Notes: generated by a model not told the origin, from the sequence alone. A stretch of DNA of 64,000 nt from Candidatus Poribacteria bacterium (GCA_965205025.1 CBDBFU010000023.1:1-64000); one strand, 5' to 3'; shown: positions 11,049-21,344, counted from the stretch's first letter. Translations and numbers: made by a program.

Positions 11049-12062
11049 TTATAGGTTAACCACTTTACCACTTTCTATACTTTGACTAATAGCCTCTAAT
11101 ACCCGCATGTTTTGGTATGCATCTTCAAGACTGGCATGTGGTTGATTTCCGGCTTTAAGGGATTGTGCCCAATGCTGCATCTCTTCAAGGTATCCCGGTC
11201 TGGATATACCATGATATGCTGTATTCAGATTCCAATCCTCTGTCGGAGTATCCACATAGCCACCACCAGCACCAGTCCATGTCGGTACTTTGTAACGTCT
11301 TAACTTACGTGTTTCAAATACTTGGATGGCTTGATTATTTGTGCCTTTAATAAAGACCATTGCTTCCAAAACTGGACCGGTTCCAAGTGTCATAGTTCCG
11401 ACACCACCATTTTCATATTTTAAATTGACTGACATTGAAACACTACTCGTTGTAGAATCAACTGTTCCCATAGCATACACTTCACTGACTTGACCCATGA
11501 AGAACCGCATGCAATCAGTTGGATGGATAACTTGATCTAACATGAAAGGCCATGCAAATGGTGAACCTGCTTCAGATAGTCGTGGTCCTGGCGCAAGATA
11601 CCTTGTATGGTATTGACATGCATTACCAAAATCATCTTCATCCATCAATCGTTTTGCAAGTGTATGAGCAGGTGCATGACGCCACATTGTTCCTACCATT
11701 CCTGTCTTTCCAGTTGCAACAGATGCATCAACTAACATCTTTGCACCTTCAGCAGTAGTAGCAGGTGGTTTTTCTGTATAGATATGGTATCCCTTTTTAA
11801 GACACTCTATACCGATATCCCTATGGAGTTTGTCTTCAGGTCTTCCAACAACAGCAACTGCATATAAATCTTCGTTTTCGAACATTTCATTGTAATCTGT
11901 ATAATGTCTTAATGCCCCGAATTTTCTCGCATTCAATTTGGCTTTCTCTTCAACCAAATCACATGTTGCAACAAACTCAAAGTCAGAAATCTGGGGTATA
12001 CACTGCTGCAATATTGATGACATTCCTCCACAACCAATAAAAGCAATTCTAATTTTTTCCAT
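11049..12062 (-). CDS. Gfo/Idh/MocA family oxidoreductase
   Basis: IAFIGCGG and EKP motifs. Start set at 12062 (GGAG RBS) because the longer ORF start lies inside a MITE. Confidence 0.88.
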   Translation of the reverse strand: MEKIRIAFIGCGGMSSILQQCIPQISDFEFVATCDLVEEKAKLNARKFGALRHYTDYNEMFENEDLYAVAVVGRPEDKLHRDIGIECLKKGYHIYTEKPPATTAEGAKMLVDASVATGKTGMVGTMWRHAPAHTLAKRLMDEDDFGNACQYHTRYLAPGPRLSEAGSPFAWPFMLDQVIHPTDCMRFFMGQVSEVYAMGTVDSTTSSVSMSVNLKYENGGVGTMTLGTGPVLEAMVFIKGTNNQAIQVFETRKLRRYKVPTWTGAGGGYVDTPTEDWNLNTAYHGISRPGYLEEMQHWAQSLKAGNQPHASLEDAYQNMRVLEAISQSIESGKVVNL

Positions 12063-12103
12063 TATTCTCCAATCTATACATAGTATTCTACGTATACTTG
12101 TTA

Positions 12104-12333
12104 TACCATTTCTAATTGAAAATGTCTCTTTTTTGTACCACAAACTTTATGAAGATTAAGAAAATATTTCGGCAATTCTAATTTTCCCAAACCCGGTAGG
12201 TGCGGTTTCCTAACCGCACTGGATCTTATCTTTAAAATTACCGAATTTAAAAATTAATCTTCATTCAGTTTGTGACCTGAAAAATGACTGCCATAATAAC
12301 CGTCTTATGAGACAATAATTTATAGAAATAGTA
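12104..12333. mobile_element. MITE family A copy with nested family B insertion
   Basis: TACCATTTCT...AGAAATAGTA ends; central CACAAAC/GTTTGTG hairpin is split by the element at 12149-12264. Confidence 0.8.
12149..12264. mobile_element. MITE family B (bipartite TIR ATGAAGATTAA-N8-TTCGGYAATT) carrying REP-like GTAGGTGCGGTTTCCTAACCGCAC
   Basis: Matching bipartite IRs at both ends; same element at 34235-34378. Confidence 0.82.
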
Positions 12334-12369
12334 TGTGTACTGTAAATACACGATTAAAAACTAATTCTC

Positions 12370-12561
12370 TTATTCAGTTTTTTCAAATGTATCTGTTCTT
12401 GTTTTGACATTCCTATTATTAGATTTTGCACTTTCTCGTGCCATCCATTCAAGGGAATCTGCAACTTTTTCGTGAGCTTTCATTGTACGCCACCCAACAA
12501 CCATCCAATATATAAATGTAAAAAAGAAGAATAAAAACATAAAAAAACTTATACCATCCAT
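12370..12561 (-). CDS. Small single-pass membrane protein
   Basis: AGGAGG RBS before MDGISFF; hydrophobic helix followed by WRTMKAHEKVADS. Confidence 0.7.
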   Translation of the reverse strand: MDGISFFMFLFFFFTFIYWMVVGWRTMKAHEKVADSLEWMARESAKSNNRNVKTRTDTFEKTE

Positions 12562-12605
12562 TGAATTCCTCCTATAATAATAATACATACCGAACTAACA
12601 TTTAA

Positions 12606-13712
12606 CTATGTTACTTTCGGTTCAAATGGTGTTAATAAGAGTGATGTGTTCCCCGAAGTAATTAATTCAGAAATAAGTTTCCCAGTGATTGGCGCAAGTA
12701 ATATACCATTCTTATAGTGACCAGATGCCAAAATAACATTGTCAAATCCGGGAATATAACCTAAACACGGACCTTTTTTATAATAGGGTCTTAAACCTAC
12801 CCATGTTTGGTCGAATTTACATTCAGCCAATTCTGGTGCAATCACAATTGCCGCATCGATCATCTGTTTAACACCATTTACAGTTGGAGTTTTGTCGTAA
12901 CCTACCATCTCAACAGTTGCCCCCAGTAATATTTTTCCATCTGTACGCGGTACAATATAGATACCAAGACCGTCAATTGTTCTTCCAATTATGGGTGTGA
13001 CAGATTCAATTAATACAATCTGTCCTTTTGCAGGTAGAATAGAAATATCGAAGTCAAGATAAGAAGCAATTTTTCCAGACCAACATCCGGCAGCAATTAC
13101 AAAAGTATCTGCATATATTGATTCTCCATTTACTTTTACACCCGTTACATGACCATTTTCTTGGATAAAGCATGAAACAGGATTACCTAATAGAAATTCC
13201 GTACCATGATTTGATGCCCCAATTGCTAATGCCTTTACCATTTTAGGATTTCGGACATGTCCATCTTCTGGAAATAGTACTGCCCCAGTGATATTCTTAG
13301 ATACAGATGGTTCTAATTCACATACCTCATTAGGTGATAATACCTCCGCTGTGAACCCCCTATTGACTCGTCTTTCTGCTAATCCAATTAACCCTGCAGC
13401 TTCTGTCTCATCAAAGAACACAGAAAGTGTACCAGAACGTATAAATTCAATATCAATATTAGTTTCAATTCTGAGTTCTTCAGCTAAATTCGGATATAAT
13501 TCAAGACTTGCACGACATAATTTTGGATACGGTTCATTCGTGGTAGCATGGGATGTTAATATACCAGCACCTGCCCAAGATGCTTCAATTCCAACACTGG
13601 CAGCCTTATCAATTACCATTACTTTAACGTTATTCTTTGCAAGTTCGTAGGCTATAGAACAACCAATAATACCTGCACCGATGATTAATACATCAACCTT
13701 GTTCTTAATCAA
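12606..13712 (-). CDS. thiO: Glycine oxidase ThiO (FAD-dependent DAO family)
   Basis: GAGIIG, ASWAGAGIL, KGQ, YIVPR.DG, GLRP and GHYKNGILLAP motifs. Confidence 0.85.
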   Translation of the reverse strand: MIKNKVDVLIIGAGIIGCSIAYELAKNNVKVMVIDKAASVGIEASWAGAGILTSHATTNEPYPKLCRASLELYPNLAEELRIETNIDIEFIRSGTLSVFFDETEAAGLIGLAERRVNRGFTAEVLSPNEVCELEPSVSKNITGAVLFPEDGHVRNPKMVKALAIGASNHGTEFLLGNPVSCFIQENGHVTGVKVNGESIYADTFVIAAGCWSGKIASYLDFDISILPAKGQIVLIESVTPIIGRTIDGLGIYIVPRTDGKILLGATVEMVGYDKTPTVNGVKQMIDAAIVIAPELAECKFDQTWVGLRPYYKKGPCLGYIPGFDNVILASGHYKNGILLAPITGKLISELITSGNTSLLLTPFEPKVT

Positions 13713-13767
13713 TGTCTACCCCATATCAAAAATATGATACTGTGTTGTCTTACAGAAAGTTGGTTGT

Positions 13768-13857
13768 AATATAACATATCTGTGTACCACTGTCAAATAA
13801 GGCTAAGTGTTTATCCACTTATTACATCTTGATTCTTGAGTATATATCGTGTATAAT
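13768..13857. promoter_or_regulatory. Divergent sigma70-type promoters (thiO on minus, eutN operon on plus)
   Basis: Minus: TTGACA-17-TATATT (13796-13768). Plus: TTGATT-17-TATAAT (13829-13857). Confidence 0.6.
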
Positions 13858-13941
13858 TTCCAATAGTGATCAATACAGATATCTAATCTAACATAATGGA
13901 TTACAAATTGCATTTATAGTCTAATCCGAAAGGCTTAATTA

Positions 13942-14229
13942 ATGACACTTGGAAAGGTTACTGGGACAGTTGTCGCAACACAAAAGGATGAAAAACTTGT
14001 TGGTAGTAAGTTGATGATTGTCCAAGATGTCGATTTAGAGGGTAAGGTAGAAAAACAATACACTGTTGCAGTAGATGCTGTAGGTGCAGGAATTGGTGAA
14101 ATTGTACTTGTTGCAACAGGGAGTTCAGCACGACAAACAAGTGTAACAAGCAACAAACCTGTAGACGCCGTTGTCATGGCGATTGTTGACACCATAGAGG
14201 TAAGTGGTGAAGTTCGATATATGAAATAG
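13942..14229 (+). CDS. eutN: EutN/CcmL family microcompartment vertex (BMC-P) protein
   Basis: GKVTGTVVATQKD, VAVDAVGAG.GE.VLV..GSSAR and PVDA...AIVD motifs. Confidence 0.93.
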   Translation: MTLGKVTGTVVATQKDEKLVGSKLMIVQDVDLEGKVEKQYTVAVDAVGAGIGEIVLVATGSSARQTSVTSNKPVDAVVMAIVDTIEVSGEVRYMK

Positions 14230-14241
14230 TGAGAAGGACTG

Positions 14242-16002
14242 ATGGAACAGGATAAATTGTTCCCTAATATAGCAGACAACGATGAACTGCCCTTAAAACT
14301 GGAGTTAATCAAACAGATTGGCTGGTTGGTGAAGCTTCGCTGGATAGCAATTGGAGGAGTGTTCTTCACGGTAACGGTTGCCAACTTAGCCCGTGATATG
14401 ATCTCACATCCGTTACCTTTATATATCATTGCCAGTTTGATGGTGCTTTACAATTTTGAACCAAATATCCTTCGTAGAGCACCTGAAAAACAACAATTGA
14501 TGTCAATAAAAAGACAAGCAAGTATACACATTATACTTGATTTATTGTCTTTGATTGCTCTAATACACTTCAGTGGTGGTGTAGAAAACCCATTTATCTT
14601 CTATTTCATATTTCATTTAATTATTGCAAGTATAATACTATCCAAACGTGTCAGTTACATTTTAGCCACTCTAAACACCCTCCTACTTAGTTCACTCATC
14701 TTTCTTGAGTATTTCGGTATACTCCATCACTATCATCTTAATAATTTTCTGCCAGAAAATCTTTGGCGTGATCCAATTTATATGTGGGGAGTACTTTTTG
14801 TATTTACGAGTACTCTCTTTTTTTCTGTTTACTTGGCAACAACCATTACACAGACAGCCAGGGAGAGAGAAGCGGAAACAAGAGAACTGAAAGAAAATTT
14901 AGAAGAAAAGGTCGATGAATTGGAAGAAATGAGAAAAGAGGTGGTCTTTGAAAGTAATAAACTACAATCTATAATTGAGTGTATGCAGGAAGGAGTTGTC
15001 TTTGTAGATTCGACTAATCAGACAACCCTATTTAACAAGGCAGCCCAACAAATCCAGAATGAAGAATCAAGTATAGATATAGATAATGAAAAACAGTTTG
15101 GAAGTTCAGAGACTCTTGACCAAATATCACAGGACTTTTCTGAAGGTGGGGATGCAATCGAAAGAAAAAACCTGAAAATAGGTGATAAATATTTTGAAAA
15201 CACTTATGCTGCTGTACGTGATAATGAAGAATTCTACTTAGGTACAGTACTTGTGTCCCGAGATGTAACAGACAGAAAACGTATGGAACAACAGTTGATT
15301 TTTTCTGAAAAAATGGCTGCAATAGGTGAATTAGCTGCTGGAGTAGCACATGAAATCAATAACCCCTTAGATGGACTATTAAACTGTATTCTAAGAATAC
15401 AACGTAATCCCGATAATATCTCACAAACTCAAGAATACTTAGTCTTAATGGAAGATGCAATTCATCGTATGGAGGGTACAGTTGGTAAACTTCTTGATTT
15501 CTCCCGCCCCCACGAACTCACATTAACTGCCATTAATATCAATGAAGTTGTTGATGAAACTGTGGCTCTATTATATTATAGTGCTACAGAAAAAGGAATA
15601 ATGATAAAGAAAGATTTTCATGATGACATTTCTGATATACGTGGGGATAAACACCTATTAGAACAAGTCATCTTAAATTTGACATTAAATGCTATAACAG
15701 CAATGCCAGATGGTGGAGATTTACTATTCCAAACTGGTGAAGCTCCAGCGGACACTTTGATCGGAAAACCAACTGTCTTTGTAAGGGTAATTGACAGTGG
15801 AATTGGAATTTCAGATACTGTACAAGATAGGATATTTGATCCGTTCTATACTACACAGATAACTGAAAAAGGGACTGGACTGGGACTATCAGTCTCTGAC
15901 AGGATTATTAGACAACATCAAGGTGTCATTGAGGTAGAAAGTAAAGAAGGTTTTGGTTCAACATTTACAGTGAAATTACCTATAGTGGAAGTTCATTCTT
16001 AG
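14242..16002 (+). CDS. Multi-TM PAS-containing sensor histidine kinase
   Basis: About 6 TM helices, PAS-like segment, AHEINNPL H-box, and N, DSG.GI, FDPFYT and GTGLGL boxes. Confidence 0.93.
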   Translation: MEQDKLFPNIADNDELPLKLELIKQIGWLVKLRWIAIGGVFFTVTVANLARDMISHPLPLYIIASLMVLYNFEPNILRRAPEKQQLMSIKRQASIHIILDLLSLIALIHFSGGVENPFIFYFIFHLIIASIILSKRVSYILATLNTLLLSSLIFLEYFGILHHYHLNNFLPENLWRDPIYMWGVLFVFTSTLFFSVYLATTITQTAREREAETRELKENLEEKVDELEEMRKEVVFESNKLQSIIECMQEGVVFVDSTNQTTLFNKAAQQIQNEESSIDIDNEKQFGSSETLDQISQDFSEGGDAIERKNLKIGDKYFENTYAAVRDNEEFYLGTVLVSRDVTDRKRMEQQLIFSEKMAAIGELAAGVAHEINNPLDGLLNCILRIQRNPDNISQTQEYLVLMEDAIHRMEGTVGKLLDFSRPHELTLTAININEVVDETVALLYYSATEKGIMIKKDFHDDISDIRGDKHLLEQVILNLTLNAITAMPDGGDLLFQTGEAPADTLIGKPTVFVRVIDSGIGISDTVQDRIFDPFYTTQITEKGTGLGLSVSDRIIRQHQGVIEVESKEGFGSTFTVKLPIVEVHS

Positions 16003-16009
16003 GAGGTTA

Positions 16010-17356
16010 GTGATGAAAATTCTTGTGGTTGACGATGAAAAACTGAAATGTATGACACTTCGAGATGATTTAAGAGAATCTAATTATGATGTCATTGCTG
16101 TTGAGTCACCCCTTATTGGACTTCAGCTATTGCAACAAGAACCATTTGATGTCTTGGTTACGGATTTACGAATGCCACAGATGCATGGTATTGAATTTCT
16201 TAAAAAAGTGAAAAAAGAACATCCACATATTACTGTAATTGTAATGACTGCCTATGCAAGTGTCGAAACTGCTGTAGAGGCACTTAGATTTGGGGCATAT
16301 AATTACATTAAAAAACCATTCTCCAGTGGGGAATTAATCCTGATGTTGGAAAAGCTAAAATCGTTGAGAGGAAAAGCAGCTATTGAAGATACATCAGAAA
16401 AGACAAATACAGATGAATCAGCACAAGAACAGTCTCTTTACCAAACACTGATAGGGAATAGTCAACAGATTCGAGAAATTTTTAGTCTAATACCAAAAAT
16501 ATCAGCAGCCGACAGTAATATAATTATCTATGGTGAGGAAGGAACAGGAAAATCTCTTTTAGCCAAGACTATTCACTTACGAAGTACAAGAAAGCATGAA
16601 CCCCTTGTAAGTGTAAACTGCTTTGGAATGACTGATGAGGTAATTGACAACGAACTATTTGGAATTGAGAATAGACAAGGAAAAATACAATTAGCAAATA
16701 ACGGTACTCTTTTTATAGCAAATATAGACTCAATACCATCTCATTTACAAGCCAAACTTTTATCTGTATTAGAAGATCAGATTCTGGAATTGAATAATTC
16801 CAACAGAATTGATATTGATTTACGAATAATTTCTACTTCTCGTGAGAATATAAAAGAGAAAGTTAAACTGAATGAATTCATTGAAGATCTCTATTATCAG
16901 TTAAATGTCATACCTTTATTTTTACCCCCTTTACGCGAACGAAAAGGGGACATACCTATGTTAATTAATCATTTTTTAGATCTATTCTCACCGAACCAAC
17001 CGATTGGTATCGAACAGGATGCCGTAAATCTTCTTACAGAATATCCGTGGCCTGGGAATATTAGTGAACTTGAAAATATCATTGAACGTCTCGTGACCAT
17101 AAATTCTGGTTCAGATATTACCACCGAAGATATTCCAATAGAATTGAAATTACCTACTCCCCAGAAGTTTGATCAAACATCTAATATTACATCCTTTCAT
17201 GACATCATAAAATCCACAGAACGAGAATTGATTTCCTGGGCAATGCGGAAGACTGAGGGAAACAAGACTCGGGCAGCACGTCTCCTTTCGATGAAACCTT
17301 CAACATTCCGTGATGCTCTTGCCAAACATTCAAGTCAAATTGATCTGGATAATTAG
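16010..17356 (+). CDS. NtrC-type response regulator (REC-AAA-Fis HTH) with degenerate sigma54 interaction loop
   Basis: VVDDE/DLRMP/KKP receiver; GEEGTGKS Walker A; WPGNISEL; GAFTGA absent. Confidence 0.9.
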   Translation: MMKILVVDDEKLKCMTLRDDLRESNYDVIAVESPLIGLQLLQQEPFDVLVTDLRMPQMHGIEFLKKVKKEHPHITVIVMTAYASVETAVEALRFGAYNYIKKPFSSGELILMLEKLKSLRGKAAIEDTSEKTNTDESAQEQSLYQTLIGNSQQIREIFSLIPKISAADSNIIIYGEEGTGKSLLAKTIHLRSTRKHEPLVSVNCFGMTDEVIDNELFGIENRQGKIQLANNGTLFIANIDSIPSHLQAKLLSVLEDQILELNNSNRIDIDLRIISTSRENIKEKVKLNEFIEDLYYQLNVIPLFLPPLRERKGDIPMLINHFLDLFSPNQPIGIEQDAVNLLTEYPWPGNISELENIIERLVTINSGSDITTEDIPIELKLPTPQKFDQTSNITSFHDIIKSTERELISWAMRKTEGNKTRAARLLSMKPSTFRDALAKHSSQIDLDN

Positions 17357-17367
17357 AGAACCATAGA

Positions 17368-17958
17368 ATGGATATTCTGGAGAAAAGGGATTTAATACGA
17401 TTTGAATCACTTGAGAGAAGAAAAAAACTGCCAACTGCAACTCGAGAATTATTTAGTAAGAAGATAACCACTCATATAATTGAATGGTTCGAGAGTCATG
17501 ATAGTTTGGTTGAGAATGATTCTCCTAACGGAGTGATGGTTTATCTGAGCATGAAAAGTGAAGTGAATACTCAGGAGTTAGTAGATTATCTATTAAATGC
17601 TGGTAAAACAGTCACTGCCCCTGTTGTTCATAATGATAGTGGTATGTTAATTCCCAAACGTTTCAATAATCTTACCTCGGATCTTGTTCAACACAGACTT
17701 GGGATGCTCGAACCAAATGAGAATTGTCCTGTATATCCAGTAACACATTTATCACATATAATAGTTCCTGGAATTGCTTTTGATATGGATGGGTATCGGC
17801 TTGGATATGGTAAAGGCTTCTATGATAGATTTCTACCATCATGTCCGAATGCAAAAACAATCGGTTTGGCTTTTCATACACAACTCGTTGAGAATACATA
17901 TCCTCAATCTTGGGATATACCCATGAAATATATATGTACTGAAAATGGTCTATTATAA
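17368..17958 (+). CDS. ygfA: 5-formyltetrahydrofolate cyclo-ligase
   Basis: SEVNT and VPGIAFD..GYRLGYGKGFYDRFL signature. Confidence 0.93.
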   Translation: MDILEKRDLIRFESLERRKKLPTATRELFSKKITTHIIEWFESHDSLVENDSPNGVMVYLSMKSEVNTQELVDYLLNAGKTVTAPVVHNDSGMLIPKRFNNLTSDLVQHRLGMLEPNENCPVYPVTHLSHIIVPGIAFDMDGYRLGYGKGFYDRFLPSCPNAKTIGLAFHTQLVENTYPQSWDIPMKYICTENGLL

Positions 17959-18281
17959 GTATCCAATTCACAGGTAATGGGAGTATCATTGTAATGGATT
18001 GGATTGCATGACATTTTGGACATTTCATATATATATTTCTATGAAATATTTACTATATCATTATGGATTCTAAAGTTTATTAAAAATAGTCAAGAAGTAG
18101 TTGAATATTTTTTTGCATGTGTTATGATTCCATAAATTGATACGATGCGGTGTGAATAAATGTCTTGCTGATTCGAATGCAATTATTTAGGTAACACTCT
18201 TCTTTTGTATCAACATTTGGTTGACCTTCAAATTGTTTCTTAAGGATTTCATACATAATATAATTACAGGAGTTTATAACC

Positions 18282-18821
18282 ATGAAAAAATTGAATGTTT
18301 TATCTTATATTTTACTCTTTTTACTTTCAAGTTCATTACATTTTTCTTCTAATGCTGAGATGAGATCTAAGGGTAGTGGAGGTAAGAATAATCCAAACGT
18401 ATTCGGCCATGTCTATATAAGTGTTAACCCATATATTACATGGATGAATGGAGTTCCTACTATGTCTATGACAGATCATAGATATAGTGTTTATAACTTT
18501 GCAGCTAAAAGTTGCAATTACGAATACGAGTATAAACAATGGTTATCACATTATGATAATGTAAAGAAAGAAACAGGAGATAATATAAATGAGGATAAAG
18601 GATGGGGTAGTGGTAAGTTAGAGCCAATTGATGAAGAAGATAACAATTGGCCTGATTACTATTCCGGTGATACAGGTTTCCAAAATCACTATCTTCCTGA
18701 CTACAATCTTACGGTTGGATGGTGGTATGTAGTCGGAGGTTATACCCGACTTGTAGTAGAGAGTCGTAAAGGTTCGGATTCATGGGAAGTATATTCGGAT
18801 GATTTAATTTTTCAATGGTAA
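18282..18821 (+). CDS. Secreted hypothetical protein
   Basis: AGGAG RBS; signal peptide; Tyr/Trp-rich beta-like sequence. Confidence 0.75.
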   Translation: MKKLNVLSYILLFLLSSSLHFSSNAEMRSKGSGGKNNPNVFGHVYISVNPYITWMNGVPTMSMTDHRYSVYNFAAKSCNYEYEYKQWLSHYDNVKKETGDNINEDKGWGSGKLEPIDEEDNNWPDYYSGDTGFQNHYLPDYNLTVGWWYVVGGYTRLVVESRKGSDSWEVYSDDLIFQW

Positions 18822-18890
18822 TATATTGACTAACGGTAAATCTTCTACTATTATATTGAATTAGGAATTTATTTTTATTAATAGGATAAT

Positions 18891-19910
18891 TTGATGACAT
18901 TGAGATACTTATTCAGTTGTTTGTGTTTATTCTTACTTACCACGTTTGTATCTGCAAAGATACTTTTTGACTCTACCCTCGGAACAACTTTTACTCCTGG
19001 AAAAGATTGGGACTATAATATCTTTATGATGAACGATGATGGTAGTGGTATCCGAAAACTCACAGACACTCCATTTTTAGAAATAAGTCCAAGGTGGGCA
19101 CCTGATGGAAAAGCTATTGCTTTTGTGAGAGACCTTGATATCGCACTGACTACGGTTAGGCAAACCGATCTATTTATAAAATCTATAGAGGGAAATTTCG
19201 AAATTAGACTCACTCATCACCCAAAACAAGATGGTGGAGATATAGCGTGGTCCCCTGATGGAAGATTTATCGCTTTTGTAAGTACTCGGAATGGAAGTTT
19301 AGAGATATATAAAATAGATGTAGCAAGTCTCGTAATAACACAACTAACTAACAATGCATTATTAGGTGGTTTATCTGCTGCCCCAGATTGGTCTCCGAAT
19401 GGAGAGCAAATTACTTATGAACAAGGTGTGCCAGGAATTGGAAGAACAATCTATATTATGGATGCTGATGGTAGAAATCAGAAACAACTTATTCAGCCAA
19501 ACCAGCTTGTAAGATTTAGTCCACGATGGTCGCCAGATGGTGATACGATCCTTTATGGTGAAACTGAATTTAAACTTATTCCTAGAAAACGGATTATAGT
19601 AGCAGTAAGTCTTGTGATTTATAACTTAGAGAGAAAAGAAATTCAGTTAATTATCACAATTCCTAATCGGTATAATATCAGTAAAATGTGTTGGATAGCC
19701 CCTGGTCATGAGATAGTTTTTAGTGCAAATAACACTGAAACAAACGGAAGAGGTATTTTTCGTTACCATATTGGAAGTAAACAATTGACTAAACTCACTG
19801 ATGGTCCAGAAGGAGGCGTTTATGTAGATTGGATAGAGGATGTAGCATTAGATGCGACACCTAACGGCAAACTGTCAATTCAATGGGGTCAACTCAAACG
19901 TAGTAATTAA
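18891..19910 (+). CDS. TolB-like PD40 beta-propeller secreted protein
   Basis: Repeated P.WSPDG..IAF motifs; signal peptide; tail PNGKLSIQWGQLK. Confidence 0.85.
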   Translation: MMTLRYLFSCLCLFLLTTFVSAKILFDSTLGTTFTPGKDWDYNIFMMNDDGSGIRKLTDTPFLEISPRWAPDGKAIAFVRDLDIALTTVRQTDLFIKSIEGNFEIRLTHHPKQDGGDIAWSPDGRFIAFVSTRNGSLEIYKIDVASLVITQLTNNALLGGLSAAPDWSPNGEQITYEQGVPGIGRTIYIMDADGRNQKQLIQPNQLVRFSPRWSPDGDTILYGETEFKLIPRKRIIVAVSLVIYNLERKEIQLIITIPNRYNISKMCWIAPGHEIVFSANNTETNGRGIFRYHIGSKQLTKLTDGPEGGVYVDWIEDVALDATPNGKLSIQWGQLKRSN

Positions 19911-19919
19911 TAATTCAAA

Positions 19920-20151
19920 CAGGACTTACGCATTTTCACCTATAGTTCCTTGGATAAGGAAGGTTACAGTGTAATACCATTTTCAATTGATACACTTACA
20001 TTATGAGTCCCGTAGGGACGAAATGTCTATAGAAAACGGGTTAATCCATTATCCTGAGTCCCGTAGGGACGGAATGTTTATATAATACCTTTTAAACTAA
20101 ATTGGCTTTTCCAATCTTCTATTAAGGCAAACTAATTAAGTGAAATTGGTA
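19920..20151. mobile_element. Composite repeat: lone IS701-type left end followed by a family-A-type MITE (19975-20151) containing two GAGTCCCGTAGGGACG repeats
   Basis: CAGGACTTACGCA at 19920; TACCATTTTC...GAAATTGGTA with TAA on both sides; repeats at about 20006 and 20055. Confidence 0.75.
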
Positions 20152-20187
20152 TAACATTGTACATTACCAGTTTATCAAGAATTAATA

Positions 20188-20619
20188 TTAATCAACACCT
20201 ATATACGGTTTTATCTTATCCAAAGTCTTCTCCCCGATACCTTTAACTTCTGTGAGATCCTCAATAGTCTTGAAATCTCCATTCTCCTTCCGATGTTGAA
20301 CAATCCGTTTTGCCATTTGAGGACCAATACTTGGTAGTGTCTGAAGTTCTATTACTGTAGCAATGTTAATATTCAGTAGTGAAGGTTTCGGTTGTTTCTC
20401 TGTCGTATCTTTTAACTGATGAGGTCTTTGTGTTGTAGTTTCTTCATTTGGAACTGCAATTAAATCTGGTTTACCAAGAAATAATGCAGGATTATATCTT
20501 CGAATTCCCCAAAAAACTGTTCCAAGTAAAATCATTATTAAAAGGAATATTACTGCACGAAAATAATGTCTTGAGACAATTCCTTCAATTTTAGATTGAT
20601 TATCTTTTTCTTGATTCAT
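20188..20619 (-). CDS. comEA: ComEA-like helix-hairpin-helix DNA-binding membrane protein
   Basis: N-terminal TM; NINIAT..ELQTLPSIGP..A.RI and VKGIGEKT motifs. Confidence 0.85.
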   Translation of the reverse strand: MNQEKDNQSKIEGIVSRHYFRAVIFLLIMILLGTVFWGIRRYNPALFLGKPDLIAVPNEETTTQRPHQLKDTTEKQPKPSLLNINIATVIELQTLPSIGPQMAKRIVQHRKENGDFKTIEDLTEVKGIGEKTLDKIKPYIGVD

Positions 20620-20626
20620 AGATTTA

Positions 20627-20752
20627 TACCATTTCTGGAAATTTAGGTCTCATTAATAGAACCTCTTATATGTAGCACAAACTTCCAGTTTGTGTAGTAT
20701 TTCAAGACATAAATATCACCTAATCATGGAAGAATCATATATAGGAATGGTA
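20627..20752. mobile_element. MITE family A, empty (uninterrupted) copy
   Basis: TACCATTTCT...GGAATGGTA with TTA TSD; intact GTAGCACAAACTTCCAGTTTGTG. Confidence 0.85.
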
Positions 20753-20756
20753 TTAA

Positions 20757-21299
20757 TCATGTCTTCCAGATTGGTTCAGATGAATTTGATCTTTTGTTCA
20801 CTACTCTTGCAACTACAAACAGTAGATCAGATAGTCGATTTAGGCATATAATAATTTCAGGATTAATATCAAACTCTTTTGATAGTCTAACAACACACCG
20901 TTCAGACCTACGGCATACTGTTCGTGCTAAATGTAAGAGTCCACCTGCATTACTTCCTCCCGGTAAGATAAAGTTTGTTAGTGGTGGTAATTCCTCTGAC
21001 AGAGTATCAATACACCTCTCCATTTCTAAGGTAAAATCACCTGTAATACGTATCTCAGAGGATTTTGTATGTGATTCAGGAGTTGCTAAGTCAGCACCAA
21101 GGGAAAATAGGTGATTTTGAACTCTTTCTAATATCTCAGATATATCCGATTCTTCTATTAATGTATTCGCATAACCGATATATGCATTCAATTCATCCAC
21201 TGTACCTATTGCTTCGATTTGTAATGTGTCTTTTGAGATACGAGATCCACCAAATAACGCAGTTTCACCAGTATCACCGAATTTTGTATAGATTTTCAT
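20757..21299 (-). CDS. pduO: PduO-type ATP:cob(I)alamin adenosyltransferase
   Basis: KIYTK.GD.GET.L, GTVDELN, FILPGG, ARTVCRRSER and NRLSD motifs. Confidence 0.93.
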   Translation of the reverse strand: MKIYTKFGDTGETALFGGSRISKDTLQIEAIGTVDELNAYIGYANTLIEESDISEILERVQNHLFSLGADLATPESHTKSSEIRITGDFTLEMERCIDTLSEELPPLTNFILPGGSNAGGLLHLARTVCRRSERCVVRLSKEFDINPEIIICLNRLSDLLFVVARVVNKRSNSSEPIWKT

Positions 21300-21344
21300 G
21301 ATGTTTTATTTTATACTTTGTCTTGAAAGGAGTCAAAAGAAATT

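Noticed and set aside
12063-12143. N-terminal extension of the Gfo/Idh/MocA ORF
   Set aside because: It starts inside a MITE; a better start with an RBS exists at 12062.
13811-13819. DnaA box or replication origin
   Set aside because: Single imperfect TTATCCACT, no cluster and no dnaA nearby.
17340-17370. 6S RNA upstream of ygfA
   Set aside because: The gap to the upstream gene is only 11 bp.
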